From: Proteromonas lacertae
Taxonomy: Eukaryota
NCBI GenBank assembly: GCA_002245135.1
Contig: NGBS01001167.1
Span: 186,001-250,000, forward strand
Direction: 5' to 3'
DNA: 64,000 nucleotides
In this document: one piece after another, positions 40,393 to 55,368 of the stretch
Layout: every line of letters begins with the position of its first letter
Numbering within the stretch: the first letter of the stretch is position 1
Notes under the pieces: model-generated
The model's input: the letters and a program-made list of their open reading frames with translations, nothing else
Database searches by the model: none
What the model was told of the DNA's origin: nothing
Position numbers and translations under genes: made by a program

Positions 40393-41102
40393 TTATTTAC
40401 AACATTTCTTCTTCTCTTCACCAACAGCATAATTCAATTTCACTGTCTGTTTCATTTCATATCGACTAGCTGGTGGTGGTCTTTTTATTGCTTCATTTGC
40501 TAGATATTCAAATGCTTCATTTATATTGACATTCTCTTTTGCACTGGTTTCTATATATTTTAAAGGATTTACACTACAACTATTACACCAACTTTCTGCC
40601 TTTGAACTGCTAATTACTCTCTCTTGAGGATTTATATCTATTTTATTTCCAACTATTATAAACGGGAAATTTATTGGATCTTCAGGATGTGCTGCTGCTA
40701 GAAATTCTTCTTTCCATACTTCTACTCGTTCAAAGGACTATTGACAATATATAATGGATATGTGAGTTATACTTTTGCATTATTAACATCAAAGACTATC
40801 ATACATGCATCAGAACCTCTATAAAATGCACTACCTAGTGCTTGAAATCTTTCCTGGCCTGCTGTATCCCACAACTAACAAATTAAGTAATGAATAATAT
40901 ACTTGTAGATTTACTAGTTTATTATTGATCATTATTTGTTTTAATAAAAAATCAGCACCTAACGTTGATTTAAAAGCAGTAATGAACTTATGATTGACGT
41001 ATTGATATAATAATGATGTTTTACCAACGCTACAAAAGTATATTTATCAAAAACATACGCACTATCACCCAATACTATTATCTTTATCACTCTTTCCGAC
41101 AT
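40393..41102 (-). CDS. RAB7: Rab7-like small GTPase
   Basis: [53 protein letters not shown] and C-terminal CCK. Three tiny introns; missed by the ORF track. Confidence 0.9.
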
Positions 41103-41329
41103 TTTATTTTTTTATATTCAAGCTTAGCAAATCATTTAGATTTGACGATTATGTCCTACCATAGTAAATAATGAATAATTGATTGTGATAGTAAATATAT
41201 TACTATACTATAAATGTGCTGCTACTTATGATGTAATTATTACATTCTTCACAATCCAGCTAAATATAAAAACAAAAAAAATAATCATCAAACAGGTAAT
41301 CAAGTTTGTTTGGATCTTTTTTATTTCAA

Positions 41330-44300
41330 ATGTCTGCTCCTACCGTATTACCAGAGCAATTTATTCTTCAATTCAATCAACTGATAGAATATGGTGAAGT
41401 ATATTTTTAACGAATAATAAAATCTCATAGGCATTACTCTCTAGATTACATTTCTTAAAAGGCAAATTACCAACCTGTCAGTGCATGAAGGATCCAGCAT
41501 ACAGCAAAATAAGAGATTGGGTATGATAAATGTATTTTATATCAACAGATTAATAAAAACTTCCCAAATTGTGAAATTCAAAAGAAATTTAAAGGTTGTG
41601 AAATTGTTTCAGAAAATCCACATGATGTGTTAGGTCAAGTTAAACCATATGTTGATGTTTTAAAAGGTATTTCAAATTTTAATATTTAATCCAATTTAGA
41701 TGTATATTATTATCGAAGTTGTGCAGTTAAGAAAATTGTTGATTTTTTCAATGCTCCAGGAACAAAGAATTTTCTTTTTGCACCAGATTATGTGAAAGGT
41801 GTAGTAAATGCAACAGTGATATTAACGAAAATGCATTTATTCCTATCAACAATGGATTTAAGAACAGTATTTGGATTTTATTTAGTTGCGCTGTGGTATT
41901 CTACTTCAGGACAAAATTCAACAGAAGATACTGAAATAACTCAATGGATAACTAATGGAATATTCGTAAGTTTCCAATCCTCCATGTTTGAACTGCCACC
42001 TGAGTGTGATTTTTCACCATTTCTAATATCAGCTTCAGAAGGTGCTTCAAAGTCATTTGATGATCAAATATTATACTCCATATTCAATATATTTGCAGAT
42101 CCAGCTGCTTTAGAACATTATCGTATATATATTATTACTAATTTACTCACATTTTTTAATCTTTTATTCTTTTTCTTATTATATTGCTTATATTATTATA
42201 TAGAATGGGATGATAATGTAGAATGGGTCAAATGTCGTCCAATGTTCTTCGATTGGTATGCATTCTTACCACTCATCCAACCCAATTTACTATGTAAAGA
42301 GAGTGTAAGAGGAATGTTAGAATATGTTTTATGTAATGGATATTGTTATCCTTTATATAGAGATGTGAATATTAGATTACATGATTTTTATTATGACATG
42401 ATTGCTATTATTTCCAGTAAGAAGTTGTTCACTAACTATAAAGATTGGAAACCTTTTCATAAAAAGGATCATATATTATCATTAGAAGGTCAAGCTAATA
42501 CTGGAAGTGGCTTGATGCATCAGTATATTATATTATTATTATTATTATTATTATTAATAGAACTACTCGTGGTTTCTTAATCTCTCAATTACAAATGTTA
42601 TATGGATTATTACTAAATGATCAAAAGATAATTGGTAAAATATTCAATCATATATTATGTCTATTATCATTGGCTCAATGGGAATTACGTTGGATTAATG
42701 CACATACATTTACACCTCCAGCAGAGAGGAAATCTTTTTTATCATCTTCTGTACAAGGTTCATACAATGTTAATACATTTAGAGATCCAAACGCACAAAT
42801 TGATTTGATATTTTATATATTTCAAGTGACTAGATTAGTACAATCTAATCTATAGTATATTATTATTATTATTATTTATATATAAATAGTCCAGTTCAAG
42901 ATTATTATATTAAAAGAATATCTCAATATGGAGTAGATATATTATTTCAAGAAACAAAACCTTTACCGAGATCAAATGGTATTAAGAAAGCATGTGAACG
43001 TATATATATATATATTATAATAATAATATAGAAATTGCTAATTTTAGCCATGGAGCTAATAATTATGATATATTAATGAATTTCTATATGGATTGTTATA
43101 GAATAATGGTTGCTATGCCTCCATTAGTTATTACTGATGCTGGTGTTGAAGATAGAATGTTTCAAAGACAAGTTGCTGCTTTATCATGCATAAGACAAAT
43201 GCCATTATGTGCTATATTAGCTTATGAGTATATATATTTAATAATTATTATTATTATATTTATATTTATATAGTTGTTATAATTTTGTTCATCAATATGG
43301 TTCATTAAAAGATATATGGTGGTATCGAAGTTTCTATTTACCATTAATCACCAGCACTTTATCCAATATTGATATTAATTCACAACCTAATGAAAATATG
43401 GTTGGTTTAGTTAATACTTTGATGGATGCACATGAAAATGTATAGTTATTTATTGTTTAGTTATATCAAATAGTTATCTTATTTCAATCCAGAAAGTCAA
43501 GCTACATTTGGTGAAGAGTTAAACACTACAGCAAGAACTCTATTAGAAGAATTATCAAAAGGTATTTCCACAGCAATAATGAATTATCTACAAAACGTCA
43601 GATTAATCGACAAATCTGTAGATCCACCAGCAGATTTCATCCAAAACGAAAGAATCAAAATGGCAAGAAAGAAAGGAGATTCAAAGGAAGTATTACAGCG
43701 ATTTGGTGTTGAATTATTCAATGAACAAGTGTTTGATATAATAGAAAGTATTGATACAAGAATCTCCTTCGTATTATCAAGAATGAAGCAATATGTAGGA
43801 ATAAATGGAAATTTAGATGTTTATAACCATTCATATAGACCATTAATAATGATAAGACAGACTGTTTATTCATTGATTAAAGAACAATTTATTACACTGT
43901 CATTTACAAGTATTAATTATATTATAATAATATATGTTTATATATAGATACTGGATTATTAAGAGAACCACGATTGATCTATCAAGATTTCCTAAACTTC
44001 GTCAGTATTTTACACAAACTGTCCTCCTATGCCAATATTGGTCTACAAGATATAGGAAGAGATTTAATATTAGAATGTACTTATGATAATGATATATCAC
44101 CAGCTACAACATTCCCACAAGCACAATTTACTCCAATTAGCGATCATTATTGTCATCAAATTGGTAAGAAGATATCTGATTATATTAGCCAATCAGTGAT
44201 TGATCCTAATTATGCTGGTTTATTACATACACTGTTATCTTATGAGAATATGACTGCTTTAGTCCAAATGATTGGTGTTCCAGGTATAAAGATTATTGAT

Positions 44301-45189
44301 TCTTATATTGGCGAATTGATTCATGATAAATGTGCTGATGTATATTATGAAATGGGAATTTATAGTGATTTATTCCCATCTTATTTAAAAGCATTTGAAG
44401 ATGGTAATGTTAAACCTGTTGTTAAGAATTTAAAACAAGTGTTAATGTTTCCTACGTCTATATTAACTGTTGGTTATGCTGTTTATTATAGGAAGATCAT
44501 GTGGGAGACAGTAGAAAGAAATAACAATGATGCTATTCCAATGATTGTCTCAACAGTTGAGACATTATATTGTGAAGTGAAAGACAGTGATAATCCATTA
44601 TTATTACCAATTCAGACAGTATATGGAAGTGCTGGACATTTATCTATTAATGTATTGACTGCTGTTATACCAACATTCTTAATATCAAAGTTAGAGAAGA
44701 AAGTAGAAGGTATATATAAATTTATATTATTATATATACATATAGCAAGAGTTCATGAATCTAAATTAGCAGAATATAATACAATATTTACACCAGCTAT
44801 TAAATTTATGTTTTTATACCAGTATATATATATATATATTAATAATTTTATTCATTTTTAATAATAGACCATCTTTGTCACTTATGTTAAATTCATTTTT
44901 CGCTGCTCCAATGACCAATATATTATCTTTAGGTTTATATACGACATTTAGAGGATTAAATCCGGTGTGTGATACGTTTAAATTTAGCCAATGGTTCTTC
45001 GATATATTGAAGCAAACTGTAAGGAATTTAATTCAATCATCAACAAATGAAAAAATATGGAAAGATTTACCTTGTAGTCATATTCAAATCATGTATATAT
45101 TGGATAAGTTGTGTGATAGTTTTAATTTTAATGAGATAATAGCTGATATTGATACAAAGAATCAAATTTTACCTCCTTACATTTATTAA
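41330..45189 (+). CDS. Divergent Nck-associated protein 1 (Nap1/Hem, WAVE complex subunit)-like
   Basis: About 1,100-aa helical protein. The spliced N-terminus (YGEALLSRLHFLK...INKNFPN...VKPYVDVLKDV) resembles the Nap1 N-terminus; also LLNDQKIIGKIFNHILCLLSLAQWELRW and LVQMIGVPGIKII. Confidence 0.6.
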
Positions 45190-45341
45190 CTTCTAACCTA
45201 TATATTTTTATAACAAAATATGAAATGTTTATAATCTTTATAAAATAACTAAATGAATATAAAAATTGATAGAATATAGAATAATAAGATGATATAATGA
45301 ATTTGAAATAAGAAATAAAGACTAAAAAAAGAAAAAGAATT

Positions 45342-45426
45342 TGCTAGCGGTGGGGTTTGAACCCACGAGTGACTGAACACACCAGATCTTAAGTCTGGCC
45401 CCTTGGACCAACTCGGGCACACTAGC
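45342..45426 (-). tRNA. tRNA-Leu (anticodon TAA)
   Basis: GCTAGTG/CGCTAGC acceptor stem, CCAGA-CTTAAGA-TCTGG anticodon arm, long variable arm, GGTTCAAACC T-loop and a downstream oligo-T Pol III terminator. Confidence 0.96.
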
Positions 45427-45825
45427 TGACCAAAATTTTATTCCTACATGCTCATATAAACACTACATTCTTTTATTTATTATTTCTGAACAACCAGCTA
45501 TTATTTTCGTCATAAAACTATAGAAAAGGTTCATTTATAAATTATGTAATATATTAATTTTATTGTTATTTCCTTTCCCCTAATTAGTAATTTAATTCAC
45601 ATATATAATCAACACTAAACCGTATTTTGAAAGTATACCTTATGATCAATAAATTAGTTTGTCATTCTTATCTTAGTTTCAATAATATATTCGTTTCAAG
45701 TCAAAATAGATTACAATCATTCAATTTATTTTAATATAATCACTTCATATTTATTTTGATTTTTTCTCTTCTTTCGTTTTTTATAATTTTCTTCATATTT
45801 GTTCATATAAATTGTGATTTGAAAA

Positions 45826-48800
45826 ATGTCATCCAATCCTAAGAAAAGGGCAAGGGTAGTAACAACTAGTGCCATACCAGAGGATGTATATTTTACATTC
45901 GAGTATATTCTATTAGGTATTCAAAATCACTTATTTTTCAGATATGGAAAGTATAATATTCTGCGGTATTTATTATAGATTTCACACCTGGATCAATAAT
46001 GCAAGTAAAGTTTTATAAATTTATGTGTTATGATAATGAACAAACACCATTTATATTGAATTTAAAGCCAAATCTTACAGTTATACATGGTCAAAATGGA
46101 AGTGGTAAAAGTACAATAGTTGATGCACTTCAAGTATAAATACATTTATATTAAATATTAAATAAATAGTTTTGTTTTGGTGTAACAGCAAGTCAAACAG
46201 ATAGAGCTTCTAAATTAGGTGAATTTGTCTCTCACGGACATACAAAAGGTGCTGCTTCAGTAATATTATGTAATAAACTTAGTAGTGAAGGTGGTTTTTC
46301 TCCATATTATGAAGATGTATTTGGTAGTTACATTCTTATTGGAAGAGAAGCCACTAGAAGTGGACAAGTAACATATCGATTTGATTCTGAATATGTTTCA
46401 CTGTATATATATATATATATATATATAATGATAAATAGAGTGGATAAAGATTTATTAGTGAGGAAAAAAGATTCAAAAGCAATAGAAGCTTCTGTTGGGA
46501 AATATAATAATTATATAAGATCCAGTGCAGAATTAACATACAGAGAAGCATGGAAAAAGATAGTGGATGATATATGTAATCATTATTCAATTCAAATAAC
46601 TAATCCATTGTTAGTATTAAAACAGAATATGGCAAAGACATTTATTAATGGTTCAGATAAAGAAAAATATGAATTTTTACAACAAGTAATGAAGACTGAG
46701 AAAATAGAAAGTGAAATTAATAAAGCAGCTGAAGAATTGATAGACTGTGAAAATGATTTAAAGGAAGTAGAAGAAATTTTAATGCAAATAATACACGAAG
46801 TTAATAATAAACAAATGTTGGTACAGAAAGTAAAAGATGCTGGTGGACAAGATCTGTTAAATAAACAAGTAACCAATGCAATGAATAGAATGAAGAAAGC
46901 AAATTATTTAGTAAAGAATAGAGAAATAGAAGAATTAAAGAAGAAAATTGAAAATATTAAAGGTTTACAAAAAGAATTGGCGGAAAAAATGAATAAAGAT
47001 GAAGAAGAGAGTAAAGAGAGAGAAAATAAAGCTCAATCAATAGTAAGATTATGTAATGAAGCACAATATAAATCTGATACGATAAATTCAGAAAAAAAAG
47101 AATGTATATTATATTTATTTATAATGAATAATAGATCAAACGAAATAGCAGCTCATAAAAGAAGATATCAAGATAATATCAAAGATTTAGATAGAAATAT
47201 ATTAATTTTAGAAAGGAATATTAAAGAAAAGAAATCAGAAATGAGAAAACTCCAGTCACAATCATCAAATACTAAAGAAATAGCAGATAGAATTGTAAAA
47301 TTAGAAAAAGAGATTGATGAACTAGATAATAAAAAAACTAGCACAAGCGAAGAGTTAAATCAAAAAGAAGAAAAATATAGAATTCAAAAAGCTTTAAGTG
47401 ATAAATGTGTAAAAGAATTAACACAATTACAAACTGAAATGAATCAATTAAAGAATAAAGAACGTGATATCTCTGAAATAATCAATAAAACACCACAAGA
47501 TAAAATACAAGAAGCATCTAAAGCACTAAGTGGAAAAATAAAAGGAAAAATCATTTGGCCTGTTTCTGCTTATGTTAGAGTAAAGCCAGAATATGAACAA
47601 TACACTGCTTTAATAGAAACAAAGATGAAATCATGTTTAGATAGTGCAGTAATCTCTGATAATGATGATCGTCCATTAATTCGATCAATTTGCCAAGAAA
47701 GAAAGATTCCCGAACCAAATATTACATCAATACCTGGAACAAACAGTGATGAAGTACAAACCAATTATTATCAAGATACAACTTATGATATTATATCATT
47801 TTTAGACACTTTAGATTTCAGCGCATTAGATGCTCATCATCGAGCTATATTAAAGATATATTTCAGTGATGTAATGAAATTTGATCAAATATTATTATGT
47901 TCTGATGATTTAAAAGCTGAAACATTTTTAAAAAATCAAGGTTTATTACAAGGTAAGAAGAATAATGTATATTTATTTCCTCAAGCCAAACAAATTGATG
48001 GAATGAATAAGAGATTTAAAGAAATATTGACATTGAGAGAAAAGAAGTTGACTTCAACATTTGGTGATTTACAATCTCAATATTCAGCTATTCATCAAGC
48101 AGTTACAATGTTAAATCAACAAAAAGGAGCTAATTTAGAAGAATGTAAAAGACAGCAAAAAGAAATAAAGGAACAATTAATCGTAAAACAAAAGGATTAT
48201 ACTGAAAAGAAGGAAGAAAGATATCGAATAGCAAATACGTTGACAGAATTTGAAAGGAGTATTGATGCATCTAAAGATACTCTTAGACAAACAATACGAA
48301 AACTAGAAGATAGAATATCTGAGAAAAATGAATGTGAAGATCAGTTGAAAGAAGCTCAACAAGGAAGTGGTAGTAAAGTAGATGAATTAGATGCTCAAAT
48401 AACTGATAAAGAAAATGATTTGAATAGAGTAAGACAACAACTGGAAGAACAAAAGAATAGACAAGAAAATGATGCAGAATGTATTATTATTATTATTATT
48501 ATTATTATAGTGATTGAAATGGATAAAAGAAAAACTGAACTAAGTAAAGAATATGAGAGTTTTCAAAATGAAATTAATGAGTATAGAAACCAAATACAGG
48601 AATTGCAAGATCAAAATGCAGCTTATAATAAAGTATTAGAAGAAGATGAAGGTAAAAAGAAAAGTTTAATGATAAAATTAACAAACCACCAACAAGATAT
48701 TGATGTATATATATATATATATATTATTATTATTATTTATTTAGAGATTACGAAGAGAAAATGCTAATTATGAAGCTTATAAGAATGTTAATGTTGATGG

Positions 48801-49449
48801 TGGAGAAATAAGATCACCAGATGAAGAGCAAAAAGAATATGAATTATTAAAGAAAAAGCTAGATCAAATTCGAAATGATGGCTTACCAACATTACAAGAA
48901 GCAGAGGCAGAATTAGATAAAGTTCAAATGAGACAAATCGAATTAGAAGCAAAATATCGTCAAAATTTAGATATTAAAAATGATCTACAGCTTCAAATAG
49001 ATCCAAGAAAGCATGATTTATTGACTATAAGAGATGCTGTAGCTGATGCTTGTCAAGTAAAGATGATAGAATATATGATGAAGTTTAGATCAGCTGCAAC
49101 AGTAACTATTGATTGGGATGAACGAACAGTGCAATTAGAAATACAAGCAAGAGCAGATGAATCTGAAGACAATTCCACTAAAGATATTAATCAATTAAGT
49201 GGTGGTGAAAAAACAAGAACTACATTATGTTTCTTTTTATCATTATTAGATCAAATAAAAACTCCATTTTTAGTAATGGATGAAATTGATGTTTTTATGG
49301 ATGATTATTCTAGAAATAAGAGTTATGAGTTGATATTGGAAGTTGCTGGTAAATCTAAAAGACAAATGATTCTTTTAACACCAAAAGAAATTGATCAAGA
49401 AAAATTAAAGAACTCTTTGATTAATTTGGAGAGAAAATCATTGATTTAA
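45826..49449 (+). CDS. SMC6: Structural maintenance of chromosomes protein, SMC6-like
   Basis: Walker A GQNGSGKS, long coiled coils with a hinge, LSGGEKT signature and Walker B MDEIDVFMD. Confidence 0.85.
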
Positions 49450-49566
49450 TAAAAATATATAGTTTATATTGTTGATAAATATCTTTATTTCAATAATTCC
49501 AATACAAATCAAAATAAAATTCAATAAAGAAAAATATTATCAGTGATATACTTATTTTTAAACTTC

Positions 49567-50209
49567 TCAATGACGATGACTATAATAATATATAAATATA
49601 ATACTGTCTAGATGGTGATCTACTGCTACTTCCAGATCTACTTCTACTTCTGCTGTCACTTACACTTCTATCTCTTCTTGAATGTCTGTGCGATCTACTA
49701 TCACTATGATGATGGTGACGACGTCTTGGTGAGTAACTTCTACTGCTATTTAGAGAATAAACATATATAAATCCAAATAAATACCTTGATCTACTTCTAC
49801 TATAACTACTGTGTCTTCTTCTATAATGAGAATTGCTAAATATAATAAAATAGATAAAATTACTCTCTTTTTCTTCTAACTCTATGTAAAATTAAAAAAT
49901 AATTATGTTATACTCTGCTACTATCACTGACATTTTTTTACCCAACAATTCAGTTTCGTTCATTTCATCAGCTGCAGTTTTTGCTTCCTCTTCTTTATAA
50001 AATCTAACAAATCCAAAGCCTCTATATTTACCTGTATATCTATCTTTTGGTAGATATATATCACCAATTGTACCAAACTTTTTAAATGCATCGCTTACAT
50101 CGTTTATGCTAAAGATAAAAATGCATTAATACGTTATATCCTCACTCAAGTCGCTAATTTTCACAGCGAACATTTTGTTAACATCCTTAGGAGGCTTTCT
50201 ATAGTCCAT
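49567..50209 (-). CDS. SR splicing factor, SRSF2/SC35-like
   Basis: RRM FKKFGTIGDIYLPKDRYTGKYRGFGFVRF plus an RS domain. Split by several tiny introns and micro-exons; absent from the ORF track. Confidence 0.88.
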
Positions 50210-50283
50210 TTTAATTTCTGTAAATCAAGCCTCTGTCAAACCAGATTTTAAAATTCTATTTCCTTTTTTAACACCATTAGAGA

Positions 50284-52053
50284 ATGCAAATAGCAGACTT
50301 ACCACAATGTTCAATATCTAGAAGTAAAATAGAACAGTTATTTGCTGAATGGTTAAGGAAACCATCTACCAATGACTTAGTATCTTATTTTCTTTACATC
50401 ATTATTAGATAAATTCTTTAACACAACAACTAAAGTCAGGGACACCCCTGCCAGTTCCATCACCTGTTTCGTTTGGCACATTAACTCAAAAGTAAAATAG
50501 TCATATATTATTATGAAATAGAGGTTTTACAATACCACCCTTATCAAAATCAACTAGTTCATTAATGTCGCCATTGAATTCTTCAAAGAGAACAAAGCCA
50601 CAAGGACAAAGAGTGAGTACATCAACTAAAATAAAAGAAATACCTCGTTTCTATGATCCAAAACCTGATTTTGATTCATGGCCAAATGATTATGTATATA
50701 ATAATATATATATAACCAATAGAATTCTATAAGATATAATTTTAAAACATTTCCAAATGGAGTAAAACAATTTGAATTTAAAGAAATGACAAAAAAGTTA
50801 TGTAATTTACCTTCATTCTTTTCAACAGGATTATTTCAACGAATAGTTTTAGTTACTCAAGCAATACAACCAAAAGATATAAATGAAGATACAGTAATAA
50901 CTGAAGAAATGATGATAAAGTATATATATATAAATATATTATTATTATTATTTTAGATTTTGGGAAAAACAGTTTTCTCCTTATAAACAAGAATCAAGAG
51001 CTTTTCATTTAGTATATAAATTAAATATTATTATTATTATTATTATATAGATTGCTAAACCAGATTGTGATCATATAATACCTGATGACTTTGAAGTTTA
51101 TTTAACTGAGTTATTAAACACACATCAAGGATTATCATTCCTTAAAGAAACTCCAGAATTTCAAACAAAATATGCATTGACAGTAATAAATCGAATATTT
51201 TATGTATTAAATCGAAGTCAAACTCGTAAAATCAGTGAGAAAGAATTTATAAACAGTCCATTTATGGAAATGTGTGAAGAAACTGACAATGAAGAAGATA
51301 TCAATACAATTCCTGAATTCTTTTCCTATGAACATTTTTATGTTTTATATTGTCGATTTTATGAATTAGATACAGATCATGATAATATGTTAATTGTAAA
51401 TGATTTAATTCCTTATGATAATCATGCTTTAACTCGTAAAATAATCGATCGAATATTCAGTGGAGCTGGTCATCCAATAATGTGTAATGATAAAAGTAAG
51501 ATGGGTTATGAAGATTTTATCTATTTCATGTTATCTGAAGAAGATAAGACGAATGTAACAAGTTTATCTTATTGGTTCAAATGTGTGGATTTAGATGGAG
51601 ATGGAGTAATTCGAGCTCATGAAATTGAAGAATTTTATAATGAACAAATCAAGAGAGTAGAAGGATTGGGTCAACAAGAAACAATTCCAGTTTGTGATAT
51701 AATTTGTCAATTATGTGATTTATTACATACTCAAGAAGATGAATTTTATTTACGAAATTTTACAAAGCCAAGTATAATAAAGAAAAGTGGAGTATTTTTT
51801 GATATATTATTTGATTTGGAGAAATTTATGGCTTATGAGCAGAGAGATCCATTTATGTTAAAACAACAAGAAAATGATGGATTAACGTATGTTACTGTTT
51901 AATTTTTATTTGAATAGACCTTGGAATAGATTTGCTCGATATGAATATGCTCGATTAGCTTCTGAAGAAGATGGTGGATATGAAGATGATGAATATTATA
52001 ATACAATAAACAATGGAAATGAATTGAATGAAGATGTAAATATAAATGAATAG
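50284..52053 (+). CDS. Protein phosphatase 2A regulatory subunit B'' (PPP2R3 family)
   Basis: HQGLSFLKETPEFQTKY, FFSYEHFYVLYCRFYELDTDHD and YWFKCVDLDGDG EF-hands. Confidence 0.93.
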
Positions 52054-52171
52054 AAAGAAATGTTATATATTTGATTTAGATTATATATTTTTATATTTTT
52101 GTGTGTTTGTTGTTTTATTAAACCCAAATAAAAACAAATAATCCAGTGAGATTTATGGGTTTTAAAATGTT

Positions 52172-53479
52172 TTACAACATTGATGCTTGTTCTGTACAAG
52201 CATTTCCATAATATCCTTCAAAACATTTACATAATCCACTGCTTCTTTCACATAATCCATTTCTACTACATTCTAATGGTGGAATTCCATCAACTGTAGC
52301 ATCAATTGGAGTAGCTGATTCATATGGAGTAAAATCAGCAGGATTTCCTCCTACTTTCACATCAGTTCCACTAACAGTCAACTGATCAATAGTCATTCCA
52401 TGATAACCACTTCCACAATTACCACACCATTCAGCTCCTGGTTTATTACCATCTAATTGATTCTTTGTGATTAATCTCATTGGTGATTGTTTTCCTGTTT
52501 GTTGATTTCCAAAGTTGATTGTTGCTATTACTTTATCAGTGTTTTGACTTGGTGTAGATTCAGATACTCCAGCAGCAGATAATTCAACACTTACAGTTGC
52601 ATCAATTGTTCCTACTGGTAATCTTCCAATTACATCATTCCATCCTAATACATAATCACAAACTGCATCTGGTTTATTTCCTGCAGTTGGTTTGGATCTC
52701 TTGTTTTTCACATAATACACAGAATGCATCACTATACCAAATTCGACCATAAATATCTGTATATTCTAAATAACTCATACAACTATATTTAGATGTACCA
52801 TCATAAAATTTATCCGTTTTTTTATCGACTGTAATAGTTTGTGTTGATTTGGATGGACTATCACAATCACTGTTCTCTACATAGCCAGTTGGACATTTCT
52901 TTTCACTACAGTCAAATCCACTATATTCTCCATCACAAACACAAACATAACTATTATCAGCATCCCAACCATTATAATTACTCTTTGGCAGGTTTAGCAT
53001 CGTTTATCAATTCTTTCTAAAGCAGTTCTCATAATAACTTCCACTGTGACTGTCTTCATTCAATCCTAACATCTTTACAGCTGTACAAACTCCATGACCA
53101 TTACAGTTGTTTGGACAACTTAATCTGTCACAACTTACTCCTTCAAAACCACCAAAACATTTACAAACACCACTTGTTCTGTCACAACTACCTTGACCAC
53201 TACATTCTAAACTCGCTCTGTCAGCTAATGTTCCATAACCACCAGGTATTTGAGTTGGATCAACATAACTATGACCATAAGGACAGCTTCCTATTCAAAT
53301 ATTACCATATTTATAAATATACTGCTACTGCAATCACCTTCTAACCAGCCTGGGAAGCAACTACAAACTCCTCCTTTACCACAACTTCCATGACCACTAC
53401 ACATGTTAGGACATGAAGCAGCCATCAAATAATTCATCAATAATAAACAAATTACTGATTTCTTTATCTCAAATCGCAT
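52172..53479 (-). CDS. Tubular mastigoneme protein-like (Ocm1/Sig1 family) secreted EGF-repeat protein
   Basis: Signal peptide, CPNMCSGHGSC..DCS.RSCPYG, ECSGQGSCDRTSGVCKCF, WDADNSYVCVCD..DCSEKKCPTG, LEYTDIYGRIW and terminal ECSRNGLCERSSGLCKCFEGY. Two apparent indels. Confidence 0.8.
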
Positions 53480-53776
53480 TTTGATAAGAATTACTAAATT
53501 CAATGAAGATCTTTCAAACTATTTTGAAAATATCCAATTAAACTATTCTTTATACTCTAATTGTTATTCTTATTGGTTATCTGAGATATTTTTGATTAGT
53601 ATCCAATCAAAACATGATTTTAAATATTTTGAAGTTTCAAAATATTAATCCGTTTCAACTGATGTTTTTTTTCTTTACATCTACTCTATTACTCATTATT
53701 TTCACTTATTTATGTTAATAACACGAACAAATAAAAAAAATAAAGAAGATAATTCTTGTTAAGTAAGACAAAAGAA

Positions 53777-55238
53777 TTAATTACCACCTGTTGTTTGTGG
53801 CATCATCTTATCATCCATCAAAGACTCTCTTAAAGTAGGTGAACTTTTATCAAGAGAAGCAACTTTATAATGTAAATAGAACAAGAAAACAGCACTAACA
53901 GCTTGTAAAATAACTAAAATCAATGATTTAATCCAGAATTGACTTGCTTTCTTTAAGAAAATACCAATCACAAATTGACAAGTAAAACCAAGAGATTGCC
54001 ACATTTTATAATTCGAAACAGCTGCATTAATATCTACATCATCATCATAAATAGATTGTAAAATAGCAGGAACTTGACTTTCCCAAACAGCATCTCCTAA
54101 TCCAAATAAACATGATAATGAAATTGTAACGAAATATCCTAAGAAATTATTATTATAATCTGGTTCATTCCAAATAGTTAATAATCCAGTAAATACTAAT
54201 ACACATGCAGTAGCAACCATACATAATCCTTTTCTACCAAATGAAGTTGAAGCAATTTTACCAAAGAAGTATGAAGCAATTGAATTGACTAAATAGAAAG
54301 TAGCAATAACAAAACCACTGTGATTTGAACCAACTACAGCTCCTGCAATGAATTTCATGAAATCGGAGAACATATAACCTAAAGACATACCATTGAAGAA
54401 TATAACGGGAATCATTAATTGCATAATTCTTGATTTTATGACTAATGTTAATGTTTCAGCTACACCTACTCTTTTTGGCTTTTCTACGTGTTCGGGTGCT
54501 GGTACATCGGGTAAGAAGAATATAGGCGATGATTCCTAATACTGCTGCTGCTGCCATTACACCAAACATAATCTAATTAATTTTAAAATATTTATATATA
54601 CGTTTCTATTATCAAATAATGATAAAATTAAACTACCAATTAATGTACCTGTTGTTCCTGTGAATTGCATAACAGCGAAGAATCTGCCATTAAATATTGA
54701 AGTTGCACCTTCAGGAGCTATGATAAAAATAATAAATTATATATACAAACTCCATCTGTAACTTGTGAATAATGTAAAGCACATCTACCTACATACACAC
54801 CTTCTCCATTCCAAATAATTGCTGCTCCAATGCCTGTTAATATATTAGCTGGGATTAAAATGTAATCTTTAGGGTATAAATTAGCAAGCATAACTAATAC
54901 GTATGGAATACCTCCTCCAATCATTGCCCATCTATAAAAGTTAATTCATTTGGGATATACTTTGGACTAATCATATCTACAATCTTTGGACCTATAATAG
55001 CAACTAATGTAAAAGCTCCATATAAACAACCAAGGCAAATATAACCTAAAGTTTCATTAAGTTGACTTTGAAATGCCTGTACAAATAGACAAAAAATAAT
55101 TTATACTTGAACAGTGTTGAATGCAAAGAAAATACCGAAAAAGCCTAAACTCATTATATTGTTGGCTCTTAAATATTTATTTCCAGCTTTCGCACCACTT
55201 TCTTCATTGGTTGGTAATAATGCTGTAGTTGTAGACAT
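53777..55238 (-). CDS. UNC-93-like MFS membrane protein
   Basis: FFAFNTVQAFQSQLN..LGY, GIGAAIIWNGEGVYV, GLGDAVW and YKMWQSLGF. Confidence 0.85.
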
Positions 55239-55368
55239 TGTCGTTGATCTGTTGGATTAAAAATCAATGATCTTGAAACACAAACCTTCAAAGCTTGACA
55301 AGACTTGGTATTTCAACCAAAAAATAACCTTTCTGTTTTCAATAACCATAATTTTAAAATTGCTTTAA

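Noticed and set aside
45342..45426. tRNA-Sec or suppressor tRNA
   Set aside because: The anticodon is TAA with a standard 7-bp acceptor stem, so it is an ordinary tRNA-Leu.
5980..54540. Frequent single-base frameshifts in conserved genes (about 5985, 10310, 13545, 14100-14190, 21780, 22565, 27970, 32150-33000, 38050, 52700, 53000, 54520) as programmed frameshifting, RNA editing or mass pseudogenisation
   Set aside because: No shared sequence context, clustered in patches, and hitting housekeeping genes. Uncorrected assembly indels are the simplest explanation; short-read polishing would decide.
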